Position numbers and translations under genes: made by a program
Notes under the pieces: generated by a model
Database searches by the model: none
The model's input: only the letters and a program-made list of their open reading frames with translations
Told to the model about the DNA's origin: nothing
Part shown: positions 13,690 through 24,527 of the stretch, in pieces
Position numbering within the stretch: the stretch's first letter is position 1
Layout of the letters: each line of letters begins with the position of its first letter
DNA from: Mobula hypostoma
Lineage: Eukaryota
Assembly: GCF_963921235.1 (NCBI RefSeq)
Contig: NC_086109.1
Location: 26,104,001 to 26,164,000 of the forward strand
Reading direction: 5' to 3'
DNA length: 60,000 nt

Positions 13690-16600
13690 AGCCATGTAGT
13701 TGCCTGATAAGAGTTCTTTGAGGTGGTAACCAGGCATATAGGTGAGGGTAGTGCAGTGTATTTTATCTATATGGATTTTAGTAAGGCATTTGACAAGGTT
13801 CCACATGGTAGGCTTATTCAGAAAGTCAGAAGGCATGGGATCCAGGGAAGTTTGGCTAGGTGGATTCAGAATTGGCTTGCCTACAGAAAGCAGAGGGTTG
13901 TGGTGGAGGGAGTACATTCGGATTGGAGGGTTGTGAATAGTGGTGTCCCACAAGGATCGGTTCTGGGACCTCTACTTTTCATGATTCTTATTAACGACCT
14001 GGATGTGGGGGTAGAAGGGTGCGTTGGCAAGTTTGCAGATGTCACAAAGGTTGGTGGTGTTGTGGATAGTGTAGGGGATTGTCAAAGATTGCAGAGAGAC
14101 ATTTATAGGATGCAGAACTGGGCCAAGTGGCAGATGGAGTTCAACGCGGAGAAGTGTGAGGTGGTACATTTTGGAAGGACAAACTCCAAGGCAGAGTACA
14201 AAGTAAATGGCAGGATACTTGGAAGTGTGGAGGAGCAGAGGGACCTGGGGGTACATGTCCACAGATCCCTGAAAGTTGCCTCACAGGTAGATAGGGTAGT
14301 TAAGAAAGCTTATGGAGTGTTAAGATTTCATGAGTCGAGGGATAGAGTTTAAGAGTCACTGGGTAATGATGCAGTTCTATAAAACTCTGGTTAGGCCACA
14401 CTTGGGAGTACTGTGTCCAGATCTGGTCGCCTCACTATAGGAAGGATGTGAAAGCATTGGAAAGGGTACAGAGTAGATTTACCAGGATGCTGCCTGGTTT
14501 AGAGAGTATGCATTATGATCAGAGATTAACATAGAAACATAGAAAATAGGTGCAGGAGTAGGCCATTCGGCCCTTCGAGCCTGCACCGCCATTTATTATG
14601 ATCATGGCTGATCATCCAACTCAGAACCCTGCCCCAGCCTTCCCTCCATACCCCCTGATCCCCGTAGCCACAAGGGCCATATCTAACTCCCTCTTAAATA
14701 TAGCCAATGAACTGGCCTCAACTGTTTCCTGTGGCAGAGAATTCCACAGATTCACCACTCTCTGTGCAAAGAAGTTTTTCCTAATCTCGGTCCTAAAAGG
14801 CTTCCCCTTTATCCTCAAACTGCGACCCCTCGTTCTGGACTTCTCCAAAATCGGGAACAATCTTCCTGCATCTAGCCTGTCCAATCCCTTTAGGATTTTA
14901 TACATTTCAATCAGATCCCCCCTCAATCTTCTAAATTCCAACGAGTACAAGCCCAGTTCATCCAGTCTTTCTTCATATGAAAGTCTTGCCATCCCAGGAA
15001 TCAATCTGGTGAACCTTCTTTGTACTCCCTCTATGGCAAGGATGTCTTTCCTCAGATTAGGGGACCAAAACTGCACACAATACTCCAGGTGTGGTCTCAC
15101 CATGGCCTTGTACAACTGCAGTAGTACCTCCCTGCTCCTGTACTCGAATCCTCTCGCTATAAATGCCAGCATACCATTCGCCTTTTTCACCGCCTGCTGT
15201 ACCTACATGCCCACTTTCAATGACTGGTGTATAATGACACCCAGGTCTCGTTGCACCTCCCCTTTTCCTAATCGGCCACCATTCAGATAATCTGTTTTCC
15301 TATTTTTGCCACCAAAGTGGATAACTTCACATTTATCCACATTAAATTGCATCTGCCATGAATTTGCCCACTCACCCAACCTATCCAAGTCACTCTGCAT
15401 CCTCCTCACAGCTAACACTGCCACCCAGCTTCGTGTCATCCGCAAACTTGGAGATGCTGCATTTAATTCCCTCATCCAAGTCATTAATATATATTGTAAA
15501 CAACTGGGGTCCCAGCACTGAGCCTTGCGGTACCCCACTAGTCACCGCCTGCCATTCTGAAAAGGTCCCGTTTATTCCCACTCTTTGCTTCCTGTCTGCT
15601 AACCAATTCTCCATCCACATCAATAACTTACCTCCAATACCATGTGCTTTAAGTTTGCACGTTAATCTCCTGTGTGGGACCTTGTCAAAAGCCTTTTGAA
15701 AATCCAAATATACATCCACTGGTTCTCCCCTATCCACTCTACTAGTTACATCCTCAAAAAATTCTATGAGATTCGTCAGACATGATTTTCCTTTCACAAA
15801 TCTATGTTGACTTTGTCCGATGATTTCACCGCTTTCCAAATGTGCTGTTATCACATCTTTGATAACTGACTCCAGCAGCTTCCCCACCACCGATGTTAGG
15901 CTAACCGGTCTATAATTCCCCGGTTTCTCTCTCCCTCCTTTTTTAAAAAGTGGGGTTACATTAGCCACCCTCCAATCCTCAGAAACTAGACCAGAATCTA
16001 ACGAGTTTTGAAAAATTATCACTAATGTATCCACTATTTCTTGGGCTACTTCCTTAAGCACTCTAGGATGCAGACCATCTGGCCCTGGGGATTTATCTGC
16101 CTTCAATCCCCTTCAATACCTAACACCACTTCCCTACTAACAAGTATTTCGCTTAGTTCCTGCATCTCACTGGACCCTCTGTCCCCTACTATTTCTGGAA
16201 GATTATTTATGTCCTCCTTAGTGAAGACAGAATGAAAGTAATTATTCAATTGGTCTGCCATGTCCTTGCTCCCCATAATTAATTCACCTGTTTCTGTCTG
16301 TAGGGGACCTACATTTGTCTTTACCAGTCTTTTCCTTTTTACATATCTATAAAAGCTTTTACAGTCAGTTTTTATGTTCCCTGCCAGTTTTCTCTCATAA
16401 TCTTTTTTCCCCTTCCTAATTAAGCCCTTTGTCCTCCTCTGCTGAACTCTGAATTTCTCCCAGTCCTCAGGTGAGCCACTTTCTCTGGCTAATTTGTATG
16501 CTTCTTCTTTGGAATTGATACTATCCCTAATTTCTCTTGTCAGCCACGGGTGCACTACCTTCCTTGATTTATTCTTTTGCCAAACTGGGATGAACAATTG

Positions 16601-18090
16601 TTGTAGTTCATCCATGCAACCTTTAAATGCTTGCCATTGCATATCCACCGTCAATCCTTTAAGTGTCATTTGCCAGTCTATCTTAGCTAATTCACGTCTC
16701 ATACCTTCAAAGTTACCCCTCTAAGTTCAGAACCTTTGTTTCTGAATTAACTATGTCACTCTCCATCTTAATGAAGAATTCCACCATATTATGGTCACTC
16801 TTCCCCAAGGGGCCTCTCACGACAAGATTGCTAATTAACCCTTCCTCATTGCTCAAAACCCAGTCCAGAATAGCCTGCTCTCTAGTTGGTTCCTTGACAT
16901 GTTGGTTCAAAAAACCATCCCGCATACATTCCAAGAAATCCTCTTCCTCAGCACCTTTACCAATTTGGTTCACCCAATCTACATGTCGATTGAAGTCACC
17001 CATTATAACTGCCGTTCCTTTATTGCACACATTTCTAATTTCCTGTTTAATACCATCTCCGACCTCACTACTACTGTTAGGTGGCCTGTACACAACTCCC
17101 ACCAGCGTCTTCTGCCCCTTAGTGTTACGCAGCTCTACCCATATCGATTCCACATCTTCCCAACTTATGTCCTTCCTTTCTATTGCATTAATCTCTTCTT
17201 TAACCAGCAACGCCACCCCACCTCCCCTTCCTTCATGTCTATGCCTCCTGAATATTGAATATCCCTGAACATTGAGCTCCCATCCTTGGTCACCCTGGAG
17301 CCACGTCTCTGTGATCCCAATTATATCATAATCATTAATAACAATCTGCACTTTCAATTCATCCACCTTATTACGAATGCTCCTTGCATTGACACACAAA
17401 GCCTTCAGGCGCTCTTTTACAACTCTCTTAGCCCTTATACAATTATGCTGAAAAGTGGCCTTTTTTAATGCTTGCCCTGGACTTGTCGGCCTGCCACTTT
17501 TACTCTTCTCCTTAGTACTTTTTGCTTCTACCCTCACTTTACACCCCTCTGTCTCTCTGCACTGGTTCCCATCCCCCTGTTGTGAACTAACCTCCTCACG
17601 CCTAGCCTCTAATTTGATTCCCACCCCCCAACCATTCTAGTTTAAAGTCACCTCAGTCGCCCTCGCTAATCTCCCTGCCAGGATATTGGTCCCCCTAGGA
17701 TTCAGGGAGCTAGGGCTTTACTGTCTGGAGAGGGGAGGAGGATGAGAAGAGACCTGACAGAGGTACACAAGATATTAAGAGGAACAGATAGAGTGGACAG
17801 CCAGCACCTCTTCCCCAGGGCACCACTGCTCAATACAAGAGGTCATGGTTTTAAGGTAAGGGGTGGGAAGTTCGGGGGGGGGATATTAGAGGAAAGTTTT
17901 TTACCCAGAGAGTGGTTGGTGCATGGAATACACTGCCAGAGGCAGTGGTGGAAGCAGATACATTAGTGAAATTTAAGAGACTACTGAACAGGTATATGGA
18001 GGAATTTAAGGTTGGGATTATATGGGAGGCAGGGTTTGAGGGTCAGCACAACATTGTGGGTGAAGGGCCTGTACTATGCTATGTTCTAGT
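13690..18090 (+). mobile_element. CR1 LINE 3' part (13690-14528 and 17706-18090), split by CR1 copy B
   Basis: RT ORF 13723..14352. The host reads continuously across the insertion (GATCAGAGATT...AGGGAGCTAGGG) and ends in ctatgctatgttcta. Confidence 0.92.
14529..17705 (-). mobile_element. Young 5'-truncated CR1 LINE, copy B (complete endonuclease region plus RT, frameshifted)
   Basis: ORFs 16713..17624 (NARSIRNK, ITETWL, GDFN, SDH), 16103..16702, 15390..16106 and 14621..15190. Nearly identical to 423-3128. Confidence 0.95.
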
Positions 18091-18824
18091 TGCCTTCCAC
18101 TCATTGATTGATGATGTCTGGATCTACAGCCCACATTAAGTATTGCAACATCCAATTAAAATGTGCTCTCAGCTCCAGTTTATTTGAACATTGGGCCTAA
18201 TGAAAAGATTGAAGCCTGATGAAGGTTAGTTAAACAATTAAAACTAAGTACAGGTATTATATTAGGAAAGATAGAGCCAGACGGCAGATGATGTAATCTG
18301 GAGCAATCAACTACTGGGGGTCTTGACAGGTCAGGCCAGGCCATGTTAGGCAATGTTTCTGTTTGAGACTCAACATTCTGTAATGCCTATTTAACCTTTT
18401 GCCTCCTAAGATGCTGCCTGACCTGCTGCATTCCTCAAGTTTGTTTTTAATTAAAGCTATTAACTTAAAGCTTTATTCTGGGAAAAATAACATCCTAAAC
18501 ATTAAGACGTTTGGAGCTTTGATCTGGCATTGATCCATTAATCAAGAGCAAAAAACCAAAAAAGCTGATCAGTTATGGGGAGTAACCAGACTCAACATTC
18601 AATGAATAATTAGTCAAAAAGCTGTGGTTTTAAATGCAGTTTTAGATTACGAGTTTACATTTCCACTTTACAGTGAGGCATACTATAAACAGTATGCTCC
18701 ACCCAGAAGCAACTACTTACCAACTAATTGTATCACTGTTCTTTTTTTCAACCATTTACCTGCCTGATAGACCTAGAAGATACAACCTTCAAATGTTCTG
18801 CATGGTGTGCATTAATCAGTATTA

Positions 18825-19049
<225 letters not shown>

Positions 19050-20129
19050 TTAACCAAGAAAAATATTTGTTATTTGTTAACCTTGTATACTCAATGACTT
19101 GTGTATTTAAATTAAAACAAATCAGGAATAGAAAAAAGTTGATGTTTCAGTTTAGAAACTTGTTTCATTCAACATTTTCAGGGAAAGGCTGCAGATTTCA
19201 CCAATATTGCTTATCTTGACAATTCAACTAGGTTTAATTGCAAGATTGTTTTGGACAGCCTCACTTGAAGAAATACCCTCCTAACCCTACTAATTCTGAT
19301 TTTAAAGTCACCATTTTAAACTCAAGCCATCCAGTTGGTAATTTGTTTCTCAATTTAAGTCTAAATGCCGCATCACCTGGTGTCTGGTCATAGCCTAGTA
19401 CAAAAGCTATATAACATTGTATATTTTCAGAGACCATAATTTAATAAAACATTAAGCATTGTTGAATTTCATAAGAATGCCCAAGTAAAGCATTGTAAAA
19501 GCTAATGTCTCTTTTAAAAAGGTTTTAACTTGGCAATATAAATTGTTTTCAATTGCCAATTCATAAATCCATGAGTATATTTTTCTAACATTTCAAGCAA
19601 AACTGATGAGTTATTAAGAATTGTTTGAAAGCCACAGGTACTCTACATGTGGCATTACGTTCTATCAAGCCACATTTGCCTCGTGCAATTATACACATAT
19701 TGAAGTGGACGGGTGGGGGAAGAATATAGATATCTTTATATTCCTAAAGTTTTAAAATCAGTATCATTTAGAAATTTCACTTGAGATGATGGAAAACAGA
19801 GCCAGTTGCTACAAAAGTGAATTGAACAATTTTGCAATTACCATATATTCCACTGATCTTACCTGCATCATAATAATTTAAATCATTTCTAGCAATTAAT
19901 GTTATCACTTTACTTGTATGCAGACAGGAATACATTTTTTCTGTCATGAAACAAACCTGAATCTCAATCCTCCTTACCCTTTCAGTGCCTTTGGGGGAAA
20001 CAAAATAATTGAGAGATAGAATTGACTGGAAAATTACTTCAAGAAAATCAGACACTGAAAAAATAATACTTAATATGTAAATCAAGTATAACTATTGATG
20101 GGTCTGGGCTACAACCATAACATCTGTTA

Positions 20130-20246
<117 letters not shown>

Positions 20247-20824
20247 TTAAATAATATAATACCTTTCAAAGCAAGCACAATATAGAAATACCTTTTTGTA
20301 AAAATCAGACATCTGTATAATGTCACAACCTGTTTTGCACATGGAAACTCAAATTCACACAACATATGCAAAACTAAGGTACATAAAAATTGCTTCTTTC
20401 AATTACACATACAAATATGGTGCCAGAATACAATTTATTTCTAATCAAGTTTAATTGACCCAAACACACGAAACAACTTATTTATCTTGCCAAATTGCAC
20501 AGACATCATTGAATATCAAATGTTTCAACACGATACAGTTAAGGGACAACTGCAGGAAGAAATAATTTTCTGATACGAACAAATTACAGGTTTCAGGATA
20601 ATGGGTTTAAGTGGTCGCCCAACACAATACAAGGTGTTAAATTCATCCATATGACAGATCAGCTACTAAAATACATGGTTGCTTCAGAATGCTTTATTAA
20701 AAAAATCCTTCCCTCAGTCATAAGTGGTCTTGTATCATTTCAGCTTTAAATATTAAAACACAGTAGTTGTGCCACACAGAAGCCATGAGAACATGCTTGG
20801 TTGAATTTAGTTAAAATTGACTTA

Positions 20825-21064
<240 letters not shown>

Positions 21065-21481
21065 TCATCATACTTTTGAAAACATGTTTCTACATGTATC
21101 TTGCAATTAAAGCTTCAATTGAGGTGTTATGGAACAATTAGCCCCTTGTTCAGTTTAGGCGAATTTCATTCAATTGCTTTTTAGTGATGCAGAATCACAA
21201 ACACAAAACTGACCTTGCAATCTCCTATCAATCATAGACAGCCACTTATTTCAACCACTATTCTCAATCTACTTTTTCTTTCCCTTTCTGAAAATACTTT
21301 TATCTTTGCCTTTGGGAATTACAAATTTGTTATTAGTTCTGCTGAACAGCAATTTAGGTCCAATAGAATATCAACATTAAAAAAAATCAAAATATACAGA
21401 GATGCACAAAACACAGATCAAGTATAATTAACTGCAAGTCAAATATTCCTCGTGGGGAGGGGTGGAGAGAAACAAACTCAC

Positions 21482-21600
21482 CTTTACAATAGTCACTAGG
21501 ATCCTCTTGCTCTTCATCATCAGATCCCAAAATTTCATCCTCTGGTTCTTGTGCCTCAGATTCTGTTATAATGGGATGAGATCTATGTTGAGGCTCTGGC
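21482..21600 (-). CDS. SRPK1: SR-protein kinase exon (equivalent to human exon 3): PEPQHRSHPIITESEAQEPEDEILGSDDEEQEDPSDYCK
   Basis: Manual translation gives the SRPK motif EILGSDDEEQEDPxDYCK. Acceptor tttcag, donor gtgagt, 119 nt. Confidence 0.95.
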
Positions 21601-21640
21601 CTGAAAGTAATAGCAAAAGCTTACTTACACATTGGAGGTA

Positions 21641-21836
21641 AAAGACTGCAGATGTTGGAATGTGGAGCAAAAGACAAGCTGCTGGATGAACTCAATGGAT
21701 CAAGCAGCATCTGTAGAGTGAAATGGACTGTTGATATTTGGGTCTTGATTTAAAACATCAACTGTTTATTCCCTTCTATGAATAGTGAATGAACTATCAC
21801 TAGTTCATTCTACTGAGTTTCTCCAGCAACTTTTTG
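21641..21836. repeat. Degenerate Penelope-derived fold-back element
   Basis: ctgcagatgttggaa...gctgctggatgaactca...gcagcatct, followed by the inverted arm ctgagtttctccagcaac. Confidence 0.55.
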
Positions 21837-22734
21837 CTTACTTACAAACTGATTCCATGGGTAAATTCAATAGTAATGAAGCTGCTTCTGAACTATTAAT
21901 AATAGCTCGTTCTCAACTACAGATGAGGCCACTGGACTGAAGCATATGCATTCTTAAGGGTAAATATGGAAGATGCTGAGCAATTTGTGTCTTGTGGTTA
22001 GTGCTAACCCAGGCAAATTGCTTTCAGGTTAAAGTTTGACTATTGAGAAGCCAAAGAGAGACTTCAAGGGTGCTTAGTCACCACTAAGGCTATGTCCACA
22101 CTACGCCGGAGAATTTTGAAAACGAAGCTTTTTCTCTTCATTTTGACCCTCCATCCACATTGAAACAGCATTTTCATCCCCCAGAAACGGAGCTTTTCTA
22201 AAACACTCTCCAGAGTGTATAAATTTGAAAACGATTGTTGCGCGTTGTAGTGTGGACGGGGTAAACAGAGATATATAAAAACGCTGTCATGACAACACAA
22301 CAATGCTTTTTCTGCTTCTGCTTGGTACTACGCAAGCACTGCCGGACGGCTGTTATAACGCGCAGTCGGTGTGAATGGCATGAGAGTTAAATTGTAAAGT
22401 GAGCTTTTTTGAATGTTTAAAATCGCTGTCATGACGTGCCGGAACAGATGGTGGCAGTGTGGCATTTCATTGTTTTCTTGAACGTAACATCCCACGCAAC
22501 CTAACAATTTCAGAACAGACGGCAATGAGACTGAAGCCAGAAGAGTTAGAAATGTACTCAAATACTTTGACCAATAGCTTACTGAATAAACAAGTATACT
22601 CACTTTGCCCTGTTTTCTGTCCTTGCTTGTATGAAGGTGGTTTACCTATTTATACAAGTACTTCTCTGACAATAGATGTGTAACAGCCTAATGTAACGTT
22701 GTCTGGAAATACAAGATAACACTGATGCAGACAT

Positions 22735-23027
22735 CAGGAATTCTGCAGATGCTGGAAATTCAAGCAACATACATCAAAGTTGCTGGTGAACGCAGCAGGC
22801 CAAGCAGCATCTATAGGAAGAGGCGCAGTCAACGTTTCAGGCCGAGACCCTTCGTCAGGACTAACTGAAGGAAGAGTGAGTAAGGGATTTGAAAGCTGGA
22901 GGGGGAGGGGGAGATGCAAAATGATAGGAGAAGACAGGAGGGGGAGGGATAGAGCCGAGAGCTGGACAGGTGATAGGCAAAAGGGGATACGAGAGGATCA
23001 TGGGACAGGAGGTCCGGGAAGAAATGT
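22735..23027 (-). mobile_element. Penelope-like element 3'/pLTR fragment inserted in the Harbinger element
   Basis: Flanked by the 12-bp direct repeat TGATGCAGACAT (22723-22734 and 23028-23039). Reverse complement of part of 23457-23886. Confidence 0.85.
22827..22862 (-). ncRNA. Minimal type I hammerhead ribozyme motif
   Basis: Minus strand reads AGTC-CTGACGA-A-GGGT(CTCG)GCCT-GAAA-CGTT-GACT: core boxes, stem II, and stem I AGTC/GACT. Confidence 0.7.
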
Positions 23028-23456
23028 TGATGCAGACATGTTGTATACATTTAACAAGGTGCTTTATTAATGAAACAGAGTCAGTCAGTTTTTCAATGTT
23101 CGTCGTCAGCCGGGTCATACTGTCTGTGAACTCCTTGTCGGTTGCCTCCATATGCTCCAGAATTTGTTGTTTTTAGTTTTCAGTCCTCCTGCGCCAGAGC
23201 CAACAGCAATTTCTTTAAAGTTTTTCGAGTCTGTAACTGGACAAACACGCACCAAGTATACCATTTCCTCTTCGCTTGTTTTCTGTGTCCTGCACATGCC
23301 CAGTAGGAGATTCGCCCAAATATCCGTTCTAATGTGGACGGAGATATTTTGAAAAACGCTTGGTGTGGACACCTGTAGTTTTTACTCTAAACCGGCGTTT
23401 TCAAAATTATCCAGCCTACTGTAGACAAAGCCTAAGTGCAGTGTGATGGAATATAA

Positions 23457-23886
23457 GGTCTGGGTAGCCTCCAACCTGATGGCATGAATATTGACTTCTC
23501 TAACTTCCGTTAATGCCCCACCTCCCCTTCGTACACCATCCGTTATTTATTATTAATTTTTTTCTCTCTCTTTTTCTCCCTCTGTCCCTCTCACTATACT
23601 CTTTGCCCATCCTCTGGGCTTCCCCCCTCTCCCTTTCTTTCTCCCTAGCCCTCCCGTCCCATGATCCTCTCATATCCCCTTTTGCCAATCAACTTTCCAG
23701 CTCTTAGCTCCATCCCTCCCCCTCCTGTCTTCTCCTATCATTTCAGATCTCCCCCTCCCACCTTCAAATCTCTTACTAGTTCTTCTTTCAGTTAGTCCTG
23801 ATGAAAGGTCTCGGCCCGAAACGTCGACTATACCACTTCCTATAGATGCTGCCTGGCCTGCTGCGTTCACCGGCACTTTTATGTTG
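23457..23886 (+). mobile_element. Penelope-like element 3' end (C-terminus of the GIY-YIG ORF, pyrimidine-rich UTR, pLTR)
   Basis: 23460-23513 encodes LGSLQPDGMNIDFSNFR*, a typical PLE C-terminus, followed by a hammerhead motif. Confidence 0.85.
23793..23830 (+). ncRNA. Minimal type I hammerhead ribozyme motif with a stem II closing mismatch
   Basis: TAGTC-CTGATGA-A-AGGT(CTCG)GCCC-GAAA-CGTC-GACTA. Stem I is TAGTC/GACTA and the cleavage triplet is GUC. Confidence 0.65.
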
Positions 23887-24179
23887 ATTACAATCATTCT
23901 GCTCTTGTCAGTTTATTTTGTTAAATAACCAATGTGGCTTTGCATCAGAAGCGGCAAGTACAAGAGCCATGCCAAAAAAAAAACTCATTAGACTCTTGAG
24001 GGAGAGTTTCACAGTTCGAGGTGTTAACTTTAAAGTTTAAATATTAAAAGGATTTGGGTAACAGAATTCTGCGAATGCAGCAGTTTCACCTGTAGCTCTG
24101 TTATGTTCCAGTTAATAGTTATCAACATCACTAAATATCATCTGTCCAGGGCACATTCCACAGCTTTACAATTAACAAT

Positions 24180-24527
24180 TTAAGGAGAAGTTGAGTAAAT
24201 GAGGGCTGTTTCTCTGGAGTGGATGAGGAAAGAGCTGATAAAAGATTTAAGATTATGAGAGGCATAGATAGGATATGCAGTCAGCATCTTTTTCCCAGGA
24301 TCAAAGGTGAGGGAGGGGCTGGGTATGCTCAGAACATTTTTTTAAATATAATCAGAGTGGTAGGTGCAGAAAATGTGACAGAGACATTTACAAGGCTCTT
24401 ACTTAGATAGACACATTAATGTGGTATTGTGTAGGCAGAAGGGTTTACTTTAGTTACGTGTTTAATTATGAGCTTAATTAGCTCAGCACAATATCGTGGG
24501 CCGAGTGCTGTGATGTTCCATGTTCTA
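24180..24527 (+). mobile_element. CR1 3' end fragment
   Basis: Peptide remnant KIMRGIDR...HLFPR and a tgttccatgttcta tail. Confidence 0.7.

Larger units (their letters stand above)
22088..23432. mobile_element. Non-autonomous PIF/Harbinger DNA transposon
   Basis: Imperfect TIRs of about 37 bp (GGCTATGTCCACACTACGCCGGAGAATTTTGAAAACG, and its reverse complement at the right end). 3-bp TAA TSD at 22085-22087 and 23433-23435. Confidence 0.85.

Noticed and set aside
14598..15290. 230-aa plus-strand ORF, and similar ORFs at 492, 2666 and 16753
   Set aside because: Antisense shadows of CR1 ORF2 with no independent protein signature.
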